From: Pseudomonadota bacterium
GTDB lineage: Bacteria; Pseudomonadota; Alphaproteobacteria; RF32; CAG-239
Direction of reading: 5' to 3'
DNA: 64,000 nucleotides
Assembly (NCBI GenBank): GCA_918234285.1
Contig: CAKJXZ020000020.1
Location: 1-64,000, forward strand
In this document: piece after piece, positions 41,076 to 50,629 of the stretch
Layout of the letters: each line of letters begins with the position of its first letter
Numbering within the stretch: the first letter of the stretch is position 1
Made by a program: the position numbers and the translations under genes
Notes under the pieces: model-generated
What the model saw: only the letters and a program-made list of their open reading frames with translations
Databases searched by the model: none
Told to the model about the DNA's origin: nothing

Positions 41076-41558
41076 CTAATATTGAAAATCTTTGAACACT
41101 TCTTCCATCGACTTAACAAAGTTATCATATTCTTCACGCGATACTTTGCCGTCTTTATTGGCATCCATAACGTCGATTACCGTTTGATTGGTTGCATCTT
41201 TGGTGTTGGAGCGGAACTCCCGCAGTTCTTCTTCGGATAACTTACCGTTGTGGTCGGTATCCAATACCTCGAAGTTCTTATCCAAATCAGGAGCCTTTTC
41301 AGACTGAGCCGCTGCCATTTTTGAATAAAACTCGACATATTCGGTTTTATCGACCGCGCCGTCTTTATCAGCATCAAGCAATTTGAATGTGTCGGCATTT
41401 TGCTGATCCATAGACTTGTCTTGAATTATGGCAATTTCTTCAAGCGTGATATAACCGTCGCCGTTAACGTCGGTTGCCTCAAAATCTTGCGAAGCTCTGT
41501 CGGCAAAAGCCGGAGATGCCAGCAAAACAGCGGCTAAAGTAGCAATAAAATATTTCAT
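41076..41558 (-). CDS. Exported four-EF-hand calcium-binding protein
   Basis: Signal peptide; loops DVNGDGYITLEE, DADKDGAVDKTE, DTDHNGKLSEEE, DANKDGKVSREE. Confidence 0.92.
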   Translation of the reverse strand: MKYFIATLAAVLLASPAFADRASQDFEATDVNGDGYITLEEIAIIQDKSMDQQNADTFKLLDADKDGAVDKTEYVEFYSKMAAAQSEKAPDLDKNFEVLDTDHNGKLSEEELREFRSNTKDATNQTVIDVMDANKDGKVSREEYDNFVKSMEEVFKDFQY

Positions 41559-41567
41559 TTTTCCTCC

Positions 41568-43007
41568 TTATTTATTGAGTTTATTGATGGCATTTTTAAT
41601 CCGTTGCAACGTTTCGTTTTTGCCCAAAACACACGCCAATTCGGTTGCACCGCCCGGTGTGGTTTCCTTGCCGGAAAGCGCAATCCGCACCGGATAGAGA
41701 ATCTGCCCGTTTTTCATTTCGTTTTCCTGAGCGACCGCTTTCATGGTTTCAAACAAATTTTCGTTAGTCCACTCAGTCGTATTCTCCAAAACCGGCAAAA
41801 CCAGTTGCAGAGCCTTCAAAGCAATATCCGTATCTGTTTTCATCTTTTTATTGATGTAAAGTTCGTTTGCATATTCCGGAACCTCGGCCAAAAATGCCGT
41901 TTCGGTCGGAATTTGCCCCAAAGTCTCAACCCGCGGCTGCAACACTGTGCTCAAAGCCTTAAAATCAAGAGTTTGCGGCAAATCGGCATAATACGGCAGT
42001 GCCAATTTATGAAACTCCTCGGCTGACAGATTGCGGATATAGCAACCGTTCATCCAAGTCAGTTTGGTAATGTCAAAAATTGCTGGTGATTTATTTAATC
42101 TTTCACTTGAAAAACACTTTTCAAGTTCTTGAAGTGAAAAGATTTCTCTCTCGTCTCCCGGATTCCATCCGAGCAACGCGATATAGTTTAATATTGCCTC
42201 CGGTAAATAACCTTTGGCCACTAAATCTTGGAACGATGCATCACCGTTGCGTTTGCTGAGTTTATGTTGAGCATCCTTCATTACCGGCGGGACATGAACA
42301 TAAACCGGCGGCGTCCAGCCGAAAGCCTCGTAAATCAAATTATATTTCGGGGTTGAAGAAATATACTCGTTGCCGCGCACCACGTGGGTTATCTGCATTA
42401 AATGGTCGTCGATGACATTGGCAAAGTTATAAGTCGGCAAACCGTCACTCTTAAGCAAAACTCCCTCATCCAGTTCGTCATAATCAATTTCAATATCGCC
42501 GTAAACCACGTCGTGAAAAATCGACGTACCCTTCTTATTAATGTTCTGGCGCACCACGAACGGTTCGCCGGCATCAATACGAGCCTTAGCCTCTTCCAAC
42601 GGAATATGCTTGCACGGATCTTTGAGTTTGATATGTGCTTCCGGAGTATCCTCATCCGCATCCTTATCTTCTTCTTTTTGTGCGCAAAAACAATAGTGTG
42701 CACCACCAAGTTCAACCAATTTATGAGCATATTCCGCATATAACGGTTTACGTTCCGATTGCACATACGGTCCGTAATTACCGCCGATATCCGGCCCTTC
42801 GTCCCAATCCATACCGACGCGTTTCAAAGTTTTGTAAATAATGTCGGTAGCGCCTTCAACATAGCGCTTTTGGTCGGTATCTTCTATACGTAAAATAAAA
42901 TCTCCGCCGTCTGATTTGGCGATTAAGTACTCATAAAGCGCTGTGCGCAAATTACCGATATGCATATATCCGGTCGGGCTCGGCGCAAATCTGGTTCTGG
43001 TTTTCAT
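41568..43007 (-). CDS. gltX: Glutamate--tRNA ligase
   Basis: RFAPSPTG.MHIGN, LRIEDTD, KLSKR. Confidence 0.98.
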   Translation of the reverse strand: MKTRTRFAPSPTGYMHIGNLRTALYEYLIAKSDGGDFILRIEDTDQKRYVEGATDIIYKTLKRVGMDWDEGPDIGGNYGPYVQSERKPLYAEYAHKLVELGGAHYCFCAQKEEDKDADEDTPEAHIKLKDPCKHIPLEEAKARIDAGEPFVVRQNINKKGTSIFHDVVYGDIEIDYDELDEGVLLKSDGLPTYNFANVIDDHLMQITHVVRGNEYISSTPKYNLIYEAFGWTPPVYVHVPPVMKDAQHKLSKRNGDASFQDLVAKGYLPEAILNYIALLGWNPGDEREIFSLQELEKCFSSERLNKSPAIFDITKLTWMNGCYIRNLSAEEFHKLALPYYADLPQTLDFKALSTVLQPRVETLGQIPTETAFLAEVPEYANELYINKKMKTDTDIALKALQLVLPVLENTTEWTNENLFETMKAVAQENEMKNGQILYPVRIALSGKETTPGGATELACVLGKNETLQRIKNAINKLNK

Positions 43008-43195
43008 TTTATCTTCCTTATATTATCAAAATTCAGCTGCTAATCAGAATAAAACAAAAAATAAGGAATGCAAGCAAAAAAAATAACGATTTCCGAAAAT
43101 AGATATTGACAAAAACTAAAAAATAAATATAGATTTAATTATGATTTATATTATTGATTTAGACCCCGTTGAAAAGGCAGCGGTTATGTTTGTGT

Positions 43196-43624
43196 ATGGT
43201 ACCATTAGTAACGGAATTTTACGGAACAGTTGTCGGAAGGCATCCGTTCATTTCAGTCAATGAAAGTGGCGACAGATATCAGGAAGCCGAGATGTTTGAT
43301 GTGGATATCGATTCATACAAGCCTATTTCCTATGCTCCGCTTTCAGGGCAGAAAAAAAGTGATGTGGTTATACCCCATGAGGCCAGAGTTCAGTTTAGTA
43401 TCAATACTTTTGAACCTGGGTATGACTATGCCGAAATCGAAAAGACCTTAAACAGTCTTACCGTTGGCACGAAAATTGCTTTCCAGGTGAGAGGTTGCGA
43501 GGAGGTTGATCCTATCAATGAAAGTGTCGGCTTTACGGTCATTTCTATCAATGTTATCGGCAACGAGAGGAAAGATTTGGGTGATTATCTCTTCTCTTTC
43601 CATAAGAATCAGGGCTATCTTTAA
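43196..43624 (+). CDS. Hypothetical protein, possible OB fold (start uncertain)
   Basis: Open frame between TTGACA (43106) and a 15-bp inverted-repeat terminator; F.GTV...L.VG.KI.F.V pattern. Confidence 0.65.
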   Translation: MVPLVTEFYGTVVGRHPFISVNESGDRYQEAEMFDVDIDSYKPISYAPLSGQKKSDVVIPHEARVQFSINTFEPGYDYAEIEKTLNSLTVGTKIAFQVRGCEEVDPINESVGFTVISINVIGNERKDLGDYLFSFHKNQGYL

Positions 43625-43645
43625 GCTGTTTCCGAATTTTTAATA

Positions 43646-43683
43646 AAAAGTACGACCGATTAGCAGTCGGTCGTACTTTTTTT
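43646..43683. terminator. Bidirectional terminator
   Basis: aaaaagtacgaccga...tcggtcgtacttttt. Confidence 0.85.
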
Positions 43684-43693
43684 GTATCAGCTT

Positions 43694-44362
43694 TTACGCT
43701 TGAATCAGCTGACACATGGCTCCAACCAAATTTTGTGCCCCCTGACAGACATCGGTCATATTGGTGGCAAGCATATAGGCCGGAGTGGTACAAATGCGAT
43801 TTTCGCGATCGACACAAACATCGGTAACCCCTACTTCTTCATGCACCACACCGAGCTCTTCCAATTTTTCGGCAGTTGTTCCGCCCGCTCCTAAAGTAAA
43901 GTGAATTTTCTTGTCGGCCAAAGCCATTGCCACCATGGCAGGTGCAATACACATAGCGCCGATAACCAGCTTTTTATCATAACATTCACGAATAACGTTA
44001 TAAATACCGCGATTAATGTCACAATCCGTACCTTTGGCGGCGAAATCGCACCAATTGGTGACGGCGCCCAAGCCGCCCGGAAAGATTATCCCGTCGAAAT
44101 CTTCGGCCTTAAATTCATTCAAATCCAAAATATTGCCGCGGGCAATACGGGCTGATTCAACCAAAACGTTACGTGTTTCCGGCATCGGTTCGTTATTAAG
44201 ATGATTAATTACCGCCGCCTGTCTGATATTAGGGGCAAAACATTGATAGGTGCACCCCATATTTTCTACACACAATAACGCAAATACAGCCTCATGAATC
44301 TCTGAACCGTCGGCGCGACCGCAACCGGAAAGAACTACGGCAAAATGTGGATTTTTGTTCAT
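43694..44362 (-). CDS. elbB: ElbB/ES1 (DJ-1 superfamily) glyoxalase
   Basis: LSGCG..DGSEIHE, RNVLVESARIARG, PGG.GA, MCIAP, TTPAYM. Confidence 0.93.
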   Translation of the reverse strand: MNKNPHFAVVLSGCGRADGSEIHEAVFALLCVENMGCTYQCFAPNIRQAAVINHLNNEPMPETRNVLVESARIARGNILDLNEFKAEDFDGIIFPGGLGAVTNWCDFAAKGTDCDINRGIYNVIRECYDKKLVIGAMCIAPAMVAMALADKKIHFTLGAGGTTAEKLEELGVVHEEVGVTDVCVDRENRICTTPAYMLATNMTDVCQGAQNLVGAMCQLIQA

Positions 44363-44456
44363 TTACATACTCCTTTTTTAATATTTCTGTTGATTTATCC
44401 TAATCAGACAATATAATGCTGTCAAATCAATTTTTTTAGAGCGGAGGAATATTTTC

Positions 44457-45719
44457 ATGGATGTAAATTTATCGACGTTAAATAACGGTTTACGCATTGT
44501 TTCGGTGGAAAGACCGCAAACAGAAACCGTTTCGGTCGGAATTTGGATCAATACCGGAAGTGCTTGCGAAAAGCCGGAAAATAATGGAATTTCACACTTT
44601 TTGGAGCATATGGTGTTTAAAGGCACACAAAAGCGCACCGCCTTGCAAATTTCCGAAGATATCGAAAATGTCGGAGGCAGTACCAATGCCTATACCTCAC
44701 GTGAATTTACGGTTTTTTATGCCAAAATGCTCAAAAACGATTTGGAATTGGCACTCGATGTTTTGGCCGATATGATTATGGCTCCGAGTTTTGCCGAAGA
44801 CGAGTTAGTTAAAGAACGCGAAGTTGTGGTGCAGGAAATCAAACAAACCAATGACGACCCTAATGATATTGTGTTTGATTATTTTCAGGAAACCGCCTTT
44901 CAAAATCAGGCTCTCGGCCGCAGTATTCTCGGACCGGCCGAAAAAGTCCGCTCATTTGGTGCCGCAACCTTGCGCGACTATATGAAACATAACTATGCCG
45001 CGGAAAATATCATTGTTTGTGCCGTCGGCAACTTAAAACACGACGAGTTGGTAAAAATGACCGCGGCCAGAATGTCAGAATTACAACCGCACACCGATTT
45101 TGTGAAAGATAAGCAGATTTATACCGGCGGTTCGTTTATCAAAAAGCGCGATATAGAACAAGCTCAGGTTTTACTGGGCTTTGAGGGGACGGATTATTAC
45201 AGTGACAAACGTTATCCTGTTTCCATTATGTCCACTATTTTGGGCGGCAATATGTCGTCACGTCTGTTTCAGGAAATCAGAGAAAAACGCGGTTTGGTTT
45301 ACAGTGTTTATTCCTATAACAACAACCATTTCCAAAGCGGTTTGTTCGGGATTTATGCCGGTTTGGAAGCCGACGAAATCAAAAATTATATTCCGGTGGT
45401 AGCCGATGAAGTCAAGCGTATTGTCAACGAACCGGTCAGCGATGTTGAATTGAACCGCGTAAAGGTGCAATTTAAGGCCGGAATGCTGATGGCGCTCGAG
45501 AGTTCGTCGTCGACGGCGGAGGTAGTGGCAAGACGCTATATGTTGCACAACCGTTTTGTTTCTATGGAAGAAATCATTGATATCATTGAAGGAATAAGCA
45601 AAGACGACGTGATGGCGGCGGCGCAACAAATCTTCAGCAGCCCGATGACATATACCTTGCTCGGCAATTTGCAGAAGTATCCTGATTTTGAGCAAGTGCA
45701 AAAATATTTTAAATTGTGA
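44457..45719 (+). CDS. M16 family (pitrilysin/MPP-like) zinc peptidase
   Basis: HFLEHMVFKGT, NAYTSRE, SSRLFQEIREKRGLVY. Confidence 0.95.
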   Translation: MDVNLSTLNNGLRIVSVERPQTETVSVGIWINTGSACEKPENNGISHFLEHMVFKGTQKRTALQISEDIENVGGSTNAYTSREFTVFYAKMLKNDLELALDVLADMIMAPSFAEDELVKEREVVVQEIKQTNDDPNDIVFDYFQETAFQNQALGRSILGPAEKVRSFGAATLRDYMKHNYAAENIIVCAVGNLKHDELVKMTAARMSELQPHTDFVKDKQIYTGGSFIKKRDIEQAQVLLGFEGTDYYSDKRYPVSIMSTILGGNMSSRLFQEIREKRGLVYSVYSYNNNHFQSGLFGIYAGLEADEIKNYIPVVADEVKRIVNEPVSDVELNRVKVQFKAGMLMALESSSSTAEVVARRYMLHNRFVSMEEIIDIIEGISKDDVMAAAQQIFSSPMTYTLLGNLQKYPDFEQVQKYFKL

Positions 45720-45737
45720 TTTTTGCCAAAAAAATTA

Positions 45738-45766
45738 TTGACAAATATAATCCGTTTATGTATAAT
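45738..45766 (+). promoter_or_regulatory. Consensus sigma70 promoter
   Basis: TTGACA-17-TATAAT. Confidence 0.8.
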
Positions 45767-45800
45767 GCAACACAATACATTATATTTACGCAATATTATC

Positions 45801-45929
45801 TATCGTGTTGTATCTTAACGGACTGTTTAAAACCAGCTTAAGTGCAAATATCTCGGCTTCTGTTCAATTCCGACCTTATTGCAAATAAGGAACGGTATAA
45901 ATTGCGCCCGTTTTTATGCAAACACGATA
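45801..45929 (+). ncRNA. Candidate rod-shaped structured RNA or 5' leader
   Basis: Nested in-register helices tatcgtgtt/aacacgata, aacgg/ccgtt, acc/ggt, ctta/taag, tgcaa/ttgca, tcgg/ccga. Confidence 0.5.
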
Positions 45930-45950
45930 CAAAACAAAAGTGAGGGAAAA

Positions 45951-47339
45951 GTGAGATACATTACAGAAGATAAACTTAAGGGAGATATTTATTCGTATCG
46001 CCGCTTAAAAACCAGAAGATTTTCTCAAGAGAAATATTACAAAAGCGAGGAAATCTCCGAACGTGCCGATTCGGTATTATCGCAATATGCTGACGGTTCG
46101 CTTGATGTCCGCGATGATACCAAAAAGGCTATGGCTCAATATATTGATACGTTTGCCGGCGATGGCAAACGCCGTGAGGATTTGCTTGATAAATTGCAAA
46201 GCAGTTCGCTTTTTGATGTCAGACAATATTTGGTTGACAGTAAGCGTACATATTGGGAAAGGCTGTTTAATACCAATCAGAATCGCGCAAAGCGTATTAC
46301 GGTTGCCGGTTTAAATCGCCGGATTCGCGCTTATAACCGCCTTAACAGCAAATTGGCTAAGGGGTGGTATCATAAGGAAAAAGATTATACGAAACAATGC
46401 ATTCTGGAAAGTGAAGCCGAACGTTATGCTTCTGATTTTCTGAACGGCAAATTGGATGTTGCGCGCGACGAAGTTCCGACCTTAAAAGAGTATTTTCAGA
46501 CCTTCAAAAGCTCCAACAGTTCCGACAACATTCTTAACGCGGTGCAAAAAATACGTGAAACCCAGCTTGAAGACTTTACCGAATCAAAGCCTTCCCGTTG
46601 GCAGGTATTCAAACAATCGGTTAAAAATAAATGGAACGGTATGGTTGACGGATTGAAAAACCGCTTTAAGCCGAAACGTGCCGTTGTAATTAAAATGAAT
46701 CGCCGCAATTGGGCTGATGTTGCGATTGTTTCTGCAGTTTTTGCTCTGGCCGGTATCTCTTTATTCAAATCCGACTCCGTGGCTAAGGATACGCGAAGCA
46801 CACCTGATACGGAAGTTAAGAAAACTGCCGAACCTAAACAGCAAGATACTTCCGTTAAAACCGATGCTTTTGTTAAAACCGATGCTTTTGTTCAAGCCGA
46901 ACAAGAATTGACTAACGAACAAAAGATATGGAAGAATTTTTATAATACTAAGAGCGAAATTCAGGCAGCCGATGCCGGTATCAATCTTCAAGATTTGTAT
47001 GAGAAAGTTGCCGAGCAACAAAAAGCCGGTATTTTCGTTATGCCGGAGAATGCCAGCGTTGAGCGTTTTGTATATACGCACCTGATGTATAAGGCTTACG
47101 GTCTTAGTTCACCGATGGATGCAGTCATTGAAGGACAACATAAGCTGACGGCCTATCAACAGTTGGCTATAAACGAAGCTATTAAAACAGCAGGGAAAAA
47201 TGGCACCGGTGTTAAAAAACTGGCCGCTTCTTACAGACATAAACTCGGTAAACACAGCGCTTATGACCGCGCTTCAAAAGATTTGCAGCAAAAGTTCGTA
47301 ACAAACTTGCATGCGGTAAGAAACTTGCATCAGCACTGA
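45951..47339 (+). CDS. Hypothetical single-pass membrane protein
   Basis: GTG start with SD gaggg; internal repeat (G.LDV..D......Y..TF twice); TM VAIVSAVFALAGISLF; terminator ~47350-47395. Confidence 0.8.
   Translation: MRYITEDKLKGDIYSYRRLKTRRFSQEKYYKSEEISERADSVLSQYADGSLDVRDDTKKAMAQYIDTFAGDGKRREDLLDKLQSSSLFDVRQYLVDSKRTYWERLFNTNQNRAKRITVAGLNRRIRAYNRLNSKLAKGWYHKEKDYTKQCILESEAERYASDFLNGKLDVARDEVPTLKEYFQTFKSSNSSDNILNAVQKIRETQLEDFTESKPSRWQVFKQSVKNKWNGMVDGLKNRFKPKRAVVIKMNRRNWADVAIVSAVFALAGISLFKSDSVAKDTRSTPDTEVKKTAEPKQQDTSVKTDAFVKTDAFVQAEQELTNEQKIWKNFYNTKSEIQAADAGINLQDLYEKVAEQQKAGIFVMPENASVERFVYTHLMYKAYGLSSPMDAVIEGQHKLTAYQQLAINEAIKTAGKNGTGVKKLAASYRHKLGKHSAYDRASKDLQQKFVTNLHAVRNLHQH
46854..46889 (+). 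repeat. 18-bp in-frame tandem duplication (VKTDAF x2)
   Basis: gttaaaaccgatgctttt x2. Confidence 0.9.
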
Positions 47340-47490
47340 GCCGAAGCATAAACAACAAAAAAAGGAGCAAGAAATTGCTTCTTTTTTTGTTGTTTATATA
47401 TAACTTATGGAATATGACCATAAAACACTTTACAATCAAAATAAATTTTATATAATCAGTATGTTTTATGGTTTTATTAGGAATTTATCA

Positions 47491-48138
47491 ATGCAGAAAA
47501 GCCAGCAGACAGGCCGTTCAATGATAGAAATGTTAGGCGTATTGGCGATTATAGGCGTACTTTCCGTCGGCGGTCTGGCCGGATATTCCAAAGCCATGTT
47601 CAAATATAAAATGAATCGTACAGTAAGCCAAATTTCACAAACCGTTGCACGCATTCGTCTGGCATTCATCGGGCAAAACGACTATAGCGGAATGGGAGAT
47701 GAATCCAATGTAAACTCCGTTATGGTTAAGGCTAATATCATTCCTCCGGAGTATATAGCACGCGATCCCAAAGGCAATATAATCATGCCGTATATTTTCA
47801 AGAATCCGTTCAAAGGAAATTTCAGAATACGTAGTATGGATAAAACTGTAGAAGGCGATAAAGAGGCCTTTGCCATCAGTTATGATTTTATTCCGAAACC
47901 AGCTTGCATCGAGCTTGCCACCATACCGTGGGATGCAACAAATGACACCGGATATATCGGTGTGATTATTAATATTCCGACACCATTGGAATTTCGAGAA
48001 AATAACTGTGCTCAAACTCCGATTAATCGGATAGGTTCAGCCATCCATTGTGCAAAAAACGGCGTCATGCTTAAAGAAGCTGCCGCACACGCCTGTACCA
48101 AAAACAAGAACAACTATCTCGAATTCGTATTTTACTGA
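47491..48138 (+). CDS. Type IV pilin / T2SS pseudopilin-like protein
   Basis: Prepilin-like QQTG|RSMIEMLGVLAIIGVLSVGG; NPF.G and P..ACI.LA (PilS-like); C-terminal Cys residues. Confidence 0.85.
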   Translation: MQKSQQTGRSMIEMLGVLAIIGVLSVGGLAGYSKAMFKYKMNRTVSQISQTVARIRLAFIGQNDYSGMGDESNVNSVMVKANIIPPEYIARDPKGNIIMPYIFKNPFKGNFRIRSMDKTVEGDKEAFAISYDFIPKPACIELATIPWDATNDTGYIGVIINIPTPLEFRENNCAQTPINRIGSAIHCAKNGVMLKEAAAHACTKNKNNYLEFVFY

Positions 48139-48266
48139 CATTTACCCGGATTTAATCTCGAAAAAAAACATCAAACAATTTCGATAATTTTCGGTCGTCA
48201 AAAATAAATATCGCTAATCTTTTATTTATCTTTTGGGATTATTATATTGCCATTAAGGGGTATATA

Positions 48267-50012
48267 ATGAAACGTAAAATATGTCTGGCTTTTGCTGTTT
48301 TATGCGGGTTATTCAGTCTTTCGACCGCACAGGCCGATGATGCCGTTAAAAGCACGGAAAACACCACCATTCACCTTTATCATAACGGTGAAAATAAGGT
48401 ATTGGCCGAGTTTATTATGCAGCCGGATTGGCATATTTCTTGGAGCAACCCGGGCGATGTAGGACAACCTACCGAGGTAACGGCAGTTAATTCAGCAGTT
48501 GAGATTACGGACCAATCAATACCGGTTGCTCGTACCATCTATGATGTTATGCACGAGTATTTGTATGAGAATAAGGCCTATTATGCCTTACAGGTCGATA
48601 ATCTCGATAAAGCGGAAATAACCTTTAGTTTTGTAGAATGCAACGATGTTTGCAAACCGGAAACTCTGACTTTCAAATTAGCGGAAATTGCGGCTTCTCC
48701 CAGCTTGCAGTGGTTGGAAATGCAACAACGGGCAGAAGCAACTTTTCCGCAAAAAATAACCTTGACCAGCCCGCTCAGTGAAAACCGTCTGCAACTGGAT
48801 ATGGATGCACAAACGCCGCTTTATTTTGCTCCGACTCAAAAAGATATTATTGATGAAATGAGTATCGAAACGGAACCGAATGCCGACGGTATCAGTGTTA
48901 AGTGGCATTCGGATAAACCGCAGCAACTCAGACAGGCTCTGATTATTACACCGGATAATGCCTACCTGGCAGATATTGAATATAAAAATACGCTGACCGA
49001 TACTCTTTTTTATATGATTATTCTGGCCTTTATCGGAGGTATTATTCTCAATGCCATGCCTTGCGTATTTCCAATCTTGAGCCTGAAAATATTTACGCTT
49101 TTGCAAAAGCCGCAAAATGGGATAACACCGTATAAAAATGCCATTTTCTATACCGTCGGGGTATTACTGTCATTTATTGTTTTGGCGCTGATTATGCTGT
49201 GGCTGAAGACAGAGGGTAACAATATAGGTTGGGGATTTCAGCTGCAATCGCCGTGGTTTGTCGGTATTATGGCGGCAGTGTTTTTGCTGTTGTTTTTGTT
49301 TATGGCTGATATTCTGCATTTTCCGAATTTTGCCGGCAACACCATTCATCGCCTGTCGGGCTTTAACGAATTCACCACCGGATTTTTTGCGGTATTGATA
49401 GCCAGCCCGTGTGCCGGGCCGTTTATGGGTGCGGCCATCGGATATGCCTTTATGCGCACCAACGCCGAAGTTATGGCGATTTTTACCGCATTGGCGCTCG
49501 GTTATGCCCTGCCCTATGCTTTAATAGAGATGTTTCCGCAGGCTTTGCACCGAATTTTGCCGAGGCCGGGAGCATGGATGCAGAAAATAAAAATCATTCT
49601 TTCGATTCCGATTTTGCTGACGGCGATCTGGCTCGGCTCAATCTGGTATACGCAAATCAAGACAGATACTTATACTGCCGATACCACCGAACTTGATTGG
49701 CAACCGTTCGATGCCGAAAAAATTGCCGAATTGAATGCCGCCGGACACAACATTTTCGTGGATTTTACCGCCGATTGGTGTCTGACATGTCAATTTAATG
49801 AAAGATTTATTTTAAAAAGCCAAAGTTTTAAAGAATTTGTGCAGGAAAATGATGTAGCTCTGTTTGTTGCCGATTTAACCGAACACCAGGAAGATTTGGG
49901 TATTGCGCTGTCCTCTTACGGCCGCGATGCTATTCCGCTGTACGTTTATTATCATCAGGGCAACTATCGGATTTTACCGCTGTTTTTCAGAATAAGCTCA
50001 TTAAAACAATAA
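48267..50012 (+). CDS. dsbD: DsbD/ScsB family protein-disulfide reductase
   Basis: WHISWSNPGD.G, C...C, NAMPCVFP, ASPCAGP, FTADWCLTC. Confidence 0.88.
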   Translation: MKRKICLAFAVLCGLFSLSTAQADDAVKSTENTTIHLYHNGENKVLAEFIMQPDWHISWSNPGDVGQPTEVTAVNSAVEITDQSIPVARTIYDVMHEYLYENKAYYALQVDNLDKAEITFSFVECNDVCKPETLTFKLAEIAASPSLQWLEMQQRAEATFPQKITLTSPLSENRLQLDMDAQTPLYFAPTQKDIIDEMSIETEPNADGISVKWHSDKPQQLRQALIITPDNAYLADIEYKNTLTDTLFYMIILAFIGGIILNAMPCVFPILSLKIFTLLQKPQNGITPYKNAIFYTVGVLLSFIVLALIMLWLKTEGNNIGWGFQLQSPWFVGIMAAVFLLLFLFMADILHFPNFAGNTIHRLSGFNEFTTGFFAVLIASPCAGPFMGAAIGYAFMRTNAEVMAIFTALALGYALPYALIEMFPQALHRILPRPGAWMQKIKIILSIPILLTAIWLGSIWYTQIKTDTYTADTTELDWQPFDAEKIAELNAAGHNIFVDFTADWCLTCQFNERFILKSQSFKEFVQENDVALFVADLTEHQEDLGIALSSYGRDAIPLYVYYHQGNYRILPLFFRISSLKQ

Positions 50013-50034
50013 TCATAACTTGAAAGGAAAAAAC

Positions 50035-50580
50035 ATGAAAAAACTTTTACTTGCCTGTATGGCGCTTTTCTTAGCCTCTTTCAACACTTCCGCGCAAGAG
50101 GTAAATCCGGAAGATGTTATCGTGCTTAAGCTTAAAGACGGTGATGTTTATATCCAGACTTTCCCGGATGTTGCTCCCAACCACGTGGCCCGCATTAAGG
50201 AATTGGTGCGCCAGGGCTTTTACGATGGTTTGAAATTCCATCGCGTGATTGAGGGATTTATGGCGCAAACCGGCGACCCGCGCGGTAACGGTACCGGTGG
50301 CAGCGGTCAAAAACTCAAGGCCGAATTTAACAACAAACACCACGGCCGCGGTACGGTTTCCATGGCTCGAGCTTCCGATCCGGATTCTGCCGACAGCCAA
50401 TTTTTCATCTGCTTTAAGGATGCGGGTTTTCTGGATGGACAATATACCGTTTGGGGACAGGTTATTAAAGGAATGGAATTTGTGGATAACATCAAACGCG
50501 GCAACCCGGCAGCCAACGGCACGGTTATCGAGCCGGACGTGATTGTTTCGATGAAAGTTCTGGCAGATATACAAAAATAG
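50035..50580 (+). CDS. Periplasmic cyclophilin-type peptidyl-prolyl isomerase
   Basis: Signal peptide; FYDGLKFHRVIEGFMAQTGDP, SMAR, SQFFI. Confidence 0.95.
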   Translation: MKKLLLACMALFLASFNTSAQEVNPEDVIVLKLKDGDVYIQTFPDVAPNHVARIKELVRQGFYDGLKFHRVIEGFMAQTGDPRGNGTGGSGQKLKAEFNNKHHGRGTVSMARASDPDSADSQFFICFKDAGFLDGQYTVWGQVIKGMEFVDNIKRGNPAANGTVIEPDVIVSMKVLADIQK

Positions 50581-50629
50581 CTGTCGAATTCAAGCAAAAT
50601 TTAAGGCTCTCCGCGGAGAGCCTTTTTTG

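Noticed and set aside
43141-43263. 40-codon ORF (MIYIIDLDPVEK...) overlapping the start of the 43196 gene
   Set aside because: Short, without supporting features and probably chance; it only adds uncertainty to the start site.
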